64,000 bases of DNA from the human T2T-CHM13v2.0 reference genome, Homo sapiens, in NCBI RefSeq assembly GCF_009914755.1, contig NC_060933.1, one strand, 5' to 3'. Below, piece by piece: positions 56,345 through 64,000 of the stretch. The notes beneath the pieces were generated by a model, which made no database searches, had not been told where the DNA came from, and worked only from the letters and a program-made list of their open reading frames with translations. Each line of letters opens with the position of its first letter. Position 1 is the stretch's first letter. Both the position numbers and the translations under genes were made by a program.

Positions 56345-56384
56345 TAAAAACCTGCATCTGTCAGATGATTTCCTCCTGGGAGCC

Positions 56385-57737
56385 TGTGGGAAAAAAAACC
56401 CAACTTTTTCCTTTTCCTACGCTCCACACACTTCTGTGACCAGATGTGTAGGCTTTCCCTCAGTGACAACTTTTCTGATACCAGCTGGGTGTCCTACAAC
56501 TCAGTTCAAATCTGACACTAACCAGAGTTAGTGCAGATCCCACAAGTTAAGGGTACAGTCCCACAAGGCTGCCCCCTGCTTCAGGCACCAATTGCAAGTC
56601 CCAGCTTGTCTCCCGTACTTCTGGCCAACTGGCTATATGTCAGGGTTCCCATAACGCCTTTGTTGGGATCAATTATTTGATAGAATGGTTCACAACACTC
56701 AAGGAAACACTTAAAAAGAGTACAAATGGGCCAGGTGTGGTGGCTCATGCCTGTAATCCCAGCACTTTGGGAGGCCGAGGCGAGTGGATCACCTGAGGTT
56801 AGGAGTTCAAGACCAGCCTGACCAACATGGTCAAACCCCGTCTCTACTAAAAATACAAAAAAATTAGCCAGGCGTGGTGGGGGGTGTCTGTAATCCCAGC
56901 TACTTGGGAGGCTGAGGCAAGATAATTGCTTGAATCCTGAGGCAAGATAATTGCTTGAATCCAGGAGGTGGAGGTTGCAGTGAGCCAAGATTGCGCCACT
57001 GCACTCCAGCCTGGGCAACAGAGCGAGACTCCATCTAAAAAAAAAAAGTACAATGAATAGCTGTGTGGAAAAGATGCATGGGGCAAGGCATGTAGGAGGG
57101 GGTTCAGAGCCTCCAGGCCCTCCCTGGGCTTGCCACCTTCCAGGTACCCCCATGTGTTCACAGCAGCTGGAAGCTTTTCAAATCCTGTCCTTTTAAAAAA
57201 AATTATTCATATATAATAGTTGTACATGTTTTGGGGTACACGTGATATTTTGATACCTATATACAATATGTAATGATCCAATCAGGGTGACTGGGGTGTT
57301 TATCACCTCAAACATTTATCTTTGTGTTGGGAACATTACAATTCTATTTTGAAATATACAATAAATTATGGTTAACTATAAATTTCCCTACTGTACTGTC
57401 GAATACAACAACTTATTCCTTCTATCTAAACTGCATTCTTTTGGGTTTCTATGGAGTCTTCATATGGAGGAATGATTGATGACCTCATTGGCCACTGGTG
57501 ATCAATTCAACCTTCAGTCCCTGTCTCCTTCCAGAGGTAGGGAGTGGGGCTGAAAGTGCCAACCTCCAAGCACAAGTTTGGCTCCCCTGGCAACCAGCCC
57601 CCATCCAGGAGCCTCAGCCATCAGTCATCTCATTAGCATATAAAAAGACACCACTTGACAGCGTTTCCAAGGGTTCTAGAAGTCGTGTGCCAGGAAACCA
57701 GGGCAGAAACAGGATATATATCTCTTATTATGTCGCA
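56385..57737. mobile_element. MER21-like LTR with nested Alu (56729-57047) and L1 3' fragment (~57195-57440, minus)
   Basis: ccagctgggtgtcctacaactcagttcaaatctgacactaaccagagttagtgcagatcccacaagttaaggg motif; the nested elements are visible directly. Confidence 0.6.
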
Positions 57738-58344
57738 GAGTCCAGTAAAATACTTTAGCTGGACCACTTATTATCCCTCTTAGTGAAACAAAAGTAGTAA
57801 TTAACAGTTAATTTTACACAGCAGCTCTAATAAGCACTTGATAGTTTTGGTAAAATAATTTATTGGGTTTTTCCCCTATTATAAAAGTAATATATATAAA
57901 AGAAACCTTAGAAAGTTAGGCAAGAACATAAAAACCACCTGTATCCTACTTTGCTGAGATAACTATTACTCTTGTGCTATTTATCTTTCCTTCCAGACAT
58001 TTTTTGCATACTTACATATAAATAGGACCTTGCAGTACTCATCACTTAACAAGAAGTCACGACAGATTTGTGCAGCCTGCTGGGGGAGTGGGTGGGGTAA
58101 TGGTACGTGGCTTCTTCACCCTCAGCCCCTGGATTTTTCAGGTGGCTTCTCTTCCTGATCTCAAAGCCACACTCCAGCTAAGAAAAGTCTGGTGAAGACA
58201 GTGAAGAAGTTCGGAACTCAGCAAGGGTGGGGAAGAAGGTGCAGGATAGAGGTGGATGGAGTGGATTCCATGAACAGGTGGAGGTGCTGGAAGGGAAACA
58301 GTGCTGGCCTGGCCAGGTCTCCACAACTCTGCCTCCTTTGACAG

Positions 58345-58534
58345 GCATGGCCCTTTCGGTGTTGGTGCTCCTGCTTCTGGCTGTACTGTATGAAGGCATC
58401 AAGGTTGGCAAAGCCAAGCTGCTCAACCAGGTACTGGTGAACCTGCCAACCTCCATCAGCCAGCAGACCATCGCAGAGACAGACGGGGACTCTGCAGGCT
58501 CAGATTCATTCCCTGTTGGCAGAACCCACCACAG
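58345..58534 (+). CDS. SLC31A2: SLC31A2 coding exon 3 (TM1 and cytosolic loop)
   Basis: Acceptor ctcctttgacAG; encodes (G)MALSVLVLLLLAVLYEGIKVGK...GRTHH(R); donor GTACAG; 190 nt, phases consistent with exons 2 and 4. Confidence 0.96.
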
Positions 58535-59584
58535 GTACAGGCAGTGGGTATGGGAAAGGGGCAGAAGCCTCACATTCACCCTGAGAGACAGGCTGGCCCA
58601 GACAGCATTAGCCCCACTTCACAGAGAGGACAGCGAGGCCCAGGGAAGGACCAGGACTTGCCAAAGTGGCTACACATAGCCAAGTGAACTAGAGCTCATG
58701 TCTCCTGATGCCCAGGCCAAAGCACTCTGTGAACAGCCAGCCACTTGAGAGGCTCAGAAGGCTTTCTTTAGGGAACAGTGATCTTCAGGTGCAGGCCCCT
58801 ATCTAGCAAATGAGGTGGCCACCCACCCTCCCCCAAATCTCACCAGTTCCATGGGTCACTAGGCTCCCATATCCAGGAGGGGATCTGCAGCTGTCCTGAA
58901 GCAATGTATCCCACTTGGTGGGAGGAGGATGACAAGCTCTCCTCTCCTCCCTTCCCACTCGAATCAGGCAACCATTTAGGGTCCCTGTTCTGCCCTCTGT
59001 CCAGCCCCAGCCTCACCTGTGCTTAATAAGCCTGCCCGCTCCATCACTAGCCACCCTACATGGGTGTCTCAGATCTTCACAACTGCACTGCAAGGGAAGT
59101 ATTCTCATTCCTGTTTTACTGATAAGGAATCTTACGTTCAGAGAGGTTAAGACATTTGTCTAGGCCACTTTTAGTTAGTGGCAGGTCTAGGAACTGATAA
59201 TGTCACCTAAGACCATGCTTTTTCTTTCCATTGTCATACTGCCTCCCGAAGTAGATTCAGGGGGGAAATATGCCTTACTGATGATTTTCTCTTATTCCTT
59301 ATCAGAAAGACAGATTATAGATACCCTCATTTTCCCCTTTGCCTAGGATGCCAGGAAGCTTGAAACCAAATGTAGTGAAGATATGTCTCTTTAAAAATAA
59401 ATCTCGAGTTTTTTCTGGGGGCGGGGGTGGGAGGGGCAGAAAGAAATCACTCCTGGGTTAAGCATACAAGTTATAAATCAATCGGGTCACGTAACTCAAC
59501 AGCTTTCTACTCCCTGATATCTACTCCCAGCTTCCTCATTACCAGCTCATTACCAGGATTAACTTGCTTCTCCTTTTTATCTAG

Positions 59585-59753
59585 GTGGTATTTGTGTCAC
59601 TTTGGCCAGTCTCTAATCCATGTCATCCAGGTGGTCATCGGCTACTTCATCATGCTGGCCGTAATGTCCTACAACACCTGGATTTTCCTTGGTGTGGTCT
59701 TGGGCTCTGCTGTGGGCTACTACCTAGCTTACCCACTTCTCAGCACAGCTTAG
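59585..59753 (+). CDS. SLC31A2: SLC31A2 coding exon 4 (TM2 MxxxM, TM3 GxxxG, stop)
   Basis: Acceptor ctttttatctAG; encodes WYLCHFGQ...IMLAVMSYN...LGSAVGYYLAYPLLSTA-TAG. Spliced CDS is 6+67+190+169=432 nt, i.e. 143 aa plus stop, with the Ctr family MxxxM-x12-GxxxG signature. Confidence 0.97.
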
Positions 59754-60927
59754 CTGGTGAGGAACGTGCAGGCACTGAGGCTGGAGGGACATGGAGCCCC
59801 CTCTTCCAGACACTATACTTCCAACTGCCCTTTCTTCTGATGGCTATTCCTCCACCTTATTCCCAGCCCCTGGAAACTTTGAGCTGAAGCCAGCACTTGC
59901 TCCCTGGAGTTCGGAAGCCATTGCAGCAACCTTCCTTCTCAGCCAGCCTACGTAGGGCCCAGGCATGGTCTTGTGTCTTAAGACAGCTGCTGTGACCAAA
60001 GGGAGAATGGAGATAACAGGGGTGGCAGGGTTACTGAGCCCATGACAATGCTTCTCTGTGACTCAAACCAGGAATTTCCAAAGATTTCAAGCCAGGGAGA
60101 AGGGTTCTTGGTGATGCAGGGCATGGAACCTGGACACCCTCAGCTCTCCTGCTTTGTGCCTTATCTACAGGAGCATCGCCCATTGGACTTCCTGACCTCT
60201 TCTGTCTTTGAGGGACAGAGACCAAGCTAGATCCTTTTTCTCACCTTTCTGCCTTTGGAACACATGAAGATCATCTCGTCTATGGATCATGTTGACAAAC
60301 TAAGTTTTTTTTATTTTTCCCATTGAACTCCTAGTTGGCAATTTTGCACATTCATACAAAAAAATTTTTAATGAAATGATTTCATTGATTCATGATGGAT
60401 GGCAGAAACTGCTGAGACCTATTTCCCTTTCTTGGGGAGAGAATAAGTGACAGCTGATTAAAGGCAGAGACACAGGACTGCTTTCAGGCTCCTGGTTTAT
60501 TCTCTGATAGACTGAGCTCCTTCCACCAGAAGGCACTGCCTGCAGGAAGAAGATGATCTGATGGCCGTGGGTGTCTGGGAAGCTCTTCGTGGCCTCAATG
60601 CCCTCCTTTATCCTCATCTTTCTTCTATGCAGAACAAAAAGCTGCATCTAATAATGTTCAATACTTAATATTCTCTATTTATTACTTACTGCTTACTCGT
60701 AATGATCTAGTGGGGAAACATGATTCATTCACTTAAAATACTGATTAAGCCATGGGCAGGTACTGACTGAAGATGCAATCCAACCAAAGCCATTACATTT
60801 TTTGAGTTAGATGGGACTCTCTGGATAGTTGAACCTCTTCACTTTATAAAAAAGGAAAGAGAGAAAATCACTGCTGTATACTAAATACCTCACAGATTAG
60901 ATGAAAAGATGGTTGTAAGCTTTGGGA

Positions 60928-60957
60928 ATTAAAAACAAACAAATACATTTTAGTAAA
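60928..60957 (+). terminator. SLC31A2 poly(A) signal cluster (ATTAAA, AATACA, AGTAAA)
   Basis: ATTAAA 60928-60933, AATACA 60942-60947 and AGTAAA 60952-60957, followed by GT/T-rich sequence. Confidence 0.6.
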
Positions 60958-62373
60958 TATATATTTTTAAATAGTCTATGACTGTTCTGTTCTCCTAATT
61001 CCAACAGAAAGCACATGAACCCTTGTAACAACTGCAGGGGCTGAGTGGGGCTAATAGAACTGGTAGTACTCTTTATAAGCCTGTCTGAGGACAGAGTCCA
61101 TCCATCTGCTACAAAGACAACTCTGCTCAGGGAAACCCAGCCCTGAAATGCTGCACCCAGGTAGACACCCCAGAATGCCAACTGAGGCAAGTCAAGTCAT
61201 TCTTCATTCATGTAACAAGTATTAATTGAGTACATGCTATAAGAAAAGTAACTGTCACACGGACTTTAAGCACCTGTGTTGGCACAATTACTCAGCATCT
61301 TCTCTCCCTGCGGGCAGAAGCAAATATAATAGCCACTAGTTAATTTACAATAAGAAATAACTGCCCTAGAAAGTAGACTATGTCACACCTTTAGGACTGA
61401 TCAGGGCATTCCCCCATGTTTGCAGGGAACTGGAAAGCTGCCTGGTGTCTCAAGAAGCCTGTTTCTAAAAGCATCACCGCCCCTTCCCCCAACCAGTGAC
61501 AGTCAGGCTGTGCTGGCCAAGAGCCCAGGCTCTGGAATCAGATGGCCAGGATTTGAATTCTTGTGCTGAGGCTTCCTAGATATGTAACTTTGGGCAAATT
61601 ACTTTACCTCTCTAAGTCTCAGTTTTCTCCTCTATAAAATGGTGATAACACTGTCTTCTGCAGTGGTTGCTGGAGATAAGCCAGTCTGTGAAAGTGCCAA
61701 ACAGCACCGCCTTTTGTTAAGCAACAAAGAAATAATTAGTTCTCACTGCCTCCCAGGTCCGCACACGGGAGACATATCCAAAGCCTGCAAGGATGATGCC
61801 AGGCCAGATGAAGTGGAATTTTGGGTCCTATCTTTTAAAACATTTAAAATCAAGAAACATTTTTTATTAAAATTAATTATTCTGTTTTTTTAAAGACTGA
61901 TTGCATAATCTTTGGAAGATCCTGGAATCAAGAAAATGACCACAAGTATTTTCTCACTACTGTTCTCTGCATAAGTCCTGGTCCCATGAGTTCTAAGGGA
62001 ATGGAAGCTGCTCTCAAAGTGAAGAATCCCTCAGGTGCCATGAACAATGGAAAGAAGGGACCCTCTCACCTTCTTTGCATGGCTTCCTAGACTGCAGGAC
62101 TAAGCCTGCAGGAGCAAGAGGATGACTGGACTGGTCCTCACAGAACCATCATGCCCCAGGGATGAGCTAGGACTACAGTGGTGACTTTCTTTGAAAGCCT
62201 AAAAGTTCCAGGGTTAGGTATCAAAGGGAGTAAATATGCCACAACGTTTTGTGCACATTAACTGACCCAGATCTGTAAGACTCCTACCCTTAGATTCCCA
62301 AAAGAGCACAGACAGCCCTTGGAACCAAACTCAATTTTTCTCCAAGGGCTTGGGTCAAGTTTCATTATAGACA

Positions 62374-62390
62374 TTTATTTTAGTTTTATT
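62374..62390 (-). terminator. FKBP15 proximal poly(A) signals (two AATAAA on the minus strand)
   Basis: TTTATT at 62374-62379 and 62385-62390, about 530 nt past the FKBP15 stop. Confidence 0.6.
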
Positions 62391-62913
62391 TTCAAAGTCA
62401 TTGACCTCTTGTATCAGATTTAAGGCAAAGAAGAAGATACATGTCCCAGGACTATAGGCCAGGCTGTTGACTGCACTGGGATTTAGATGGTGTAATCTCC
62501 CTTAGTTCTACCAGGGAGACCTCAGCCCAGGTCTTGTTGCCGGGGCACAGTTGAGCACTGGATTCAGGTAGAGGAGGGCTCCCAGGTCAGTCTGAGAGTT
62601 AATGAAGAGATTAAAAAGTCTGGCAGAGGACAGGACTCTTACAGGTGACTGGCTTGGAGGGGAACCTACCAGTCCTTCTTCCAACTTGCTGCTGAAATCC
62701 CAGTGTTCTTGAAGACAGGGTTATGATCCTCTTCACCAGGTCTGGCGGGGGTGGGGCTCAGAAGGTGGCCAACCCACCCTCTGAGCCCAAATATTGTTCC
62801 CAGAATGCTCACCTTGACCTCACCCTGTGGTTCGCCTAGACCCAGGGTTGGCTGTGCAAAATCATGCTTAGGGAAGGGTTGCAGAGAAACCTTTGCACCA
62901 GTTTCCTGGGTCT

Positions 62914-62991
62914 TCATCCCAGCCAGTCAATGTCATCGTCATCATCATCATCTCCAAAAAGGGGCGTTGGGGGCGGGCGTCCCTTCATGCT
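62914..62991 (-). CDS. FKBP15: FKBP15 (WAFL) last coding exon, C-terminal 25 aa
   Basis: Minus strand: acceptor tttcctgttttatcAG, then SMKGRPPPTPLFGDDDDDDDIDWLG-TGA. This matches the recalled FKBP15 C-terminus and the known synteny with SLC31A2. Upstream exons are not identifiable in the window. Confidence 0.9.
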   Translation of the reverse strand, partial: SMKGRPPPTPLFGDDDDDDDIDWLG

Positions 62992-64000
62992 CTGATAAAA
63001 CAGGAAAGAGCAGTCAGTCCTCACTTGTGCCTGCACCACTGGACTTTCCACCTGTGAGTGGAAGCAATCCAACTTCTGTTCCCAGCTCTGGGTCAGAAAG
63101 GAGGTTGTACTGACAGGGCCAACTCTGAGGCCAGCAAACCTAGGCTTCCAGATAAAGCTGAGACCAGCAGGCAGAGAAGGGAGGCAGTCTTTCAACAGAG
63201 ACAAAAGATGAACTTTGTTTGGCTAATCTCATCATTTATTTATGAAGCACATGTACTGATTTGACAGATTTTCCTCTCATGCAGTAACTTACACATTTTG
63301 TGTGGAGAAAGAAGGGTCAAAGAGGAAACACTGGAGCAGTAGGAAGAAACAGAAGCAAAGCAGCCCTGAGAGAGCGAGAGGAAGTGGGAAGAAGGGAGGT
63401 TGGGAAGAAGACAATCACATATGGAAAAATACTGTCGTCGTGGCCTAAGGTGGCCTGACTGGCTCTGGGTGTGATCCCATCATTTGAAAGAGTTGAATTT
63501 GGAGGCTTGGCCAACTGGAGAATCCTAAGAGGTGAAGAACACGGGGCCACAGCCTCCCACACCTCTAGCCTGACTGGCACCACCCTCGCTCCTTCCAGCT
63601 AAGGTAGTGGGGGTGAAAGGGACTGATGGGCCATGAGAGACCCTCTCTTTTCACAGCTTGAGCTCCTGGCCTTTCTCCTCTGGCTTGGCAAGGGAACAGG
63701 ACCTACCCGGCTAGCAGGGATTGATGCTACAGACAGGCACGAACTGAATAGTCTCTACTAAGGCATTCTCTGCTCTGGTGAGCAACTGCCAACCAGAATC
63801 CATCTTCACAGGGCCAGGCAAAAGGGAAGGCAGCGTGATGTGTATACAAGTCTCTGGGCTAATCCCACGTCACTACCAATTAGCCAGACCTCGTACTTCT
63901 CTCTGGACATCAATGACGTGATCTCTAACTCTGACAGTATAGGATTTTCAAGTGTGGCTCACAGCTTCTGTTTTGTCCTGACTAAAGTTCTGGCTCTACA

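Noticed and set aside
56581-57161. Alu-derived ORFs (also 1066, 18631, 20345, 23002, 41178, 43667, 44736 and 56018)
   Set aside because: Peptides such as [13 protein letters not shown] and [10 protein letters not shown] are Alu translations.
58227-58679. 150-aa ORF as a stand-alone gene
   Set aside because: It is SLC31A2 exon 3 with intronic read-through on both sides. The same applies to 54419-54706 and 59427-59753.
63317-63583. Possible further FKBP15 exon
   Set aside because: The peptide does not resemble FKBP15 and I found no convincing splice pair; treated as intron.

Overview
Human (primate) genomic DNA, recognisable as 9q32. The left quarter is a large inverted duplication: two near-identical 6,375-bp arms (2133-8507 and 9758-16132; paired coordinates always sum to 18265) around a unique 1,250-bp spacer, flanked by about 1.3 kb of older, diverged homology. 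It carries the divergent lncRNA pair FAM225B (-) and FAM225A (+). The middle (~17.5-47.5 kb) is repeat-rich intergenic DNA: many Alus, a MER11 solo LTR, MER47/Tigger5, MER20, MLT/MST and L1 pieces, a 35-nt truncated U2 snRNA retrocopy, a hairpin-plus-(CA)n minisatellite and a templated-insertion patchwork. The right part holds the complete four-exon copper transporter gene SLC31A2 (CTR2, 143 aa, +) and the last coding exon and 3' UTR of the convergent FKBP15 (-). Nearly all other ORFs in the track are Alu-derived or chance ORFs, or mirror images caused by the palindrome. I see no prokaryotic-type system. The most notable signals are the homogenised palindrome with a potentially invertible promoter spacer, the hairpin minisatellite and the templated-insertion patchwork. 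Repeat family names come from recalled consensus sequences, not from a database search.
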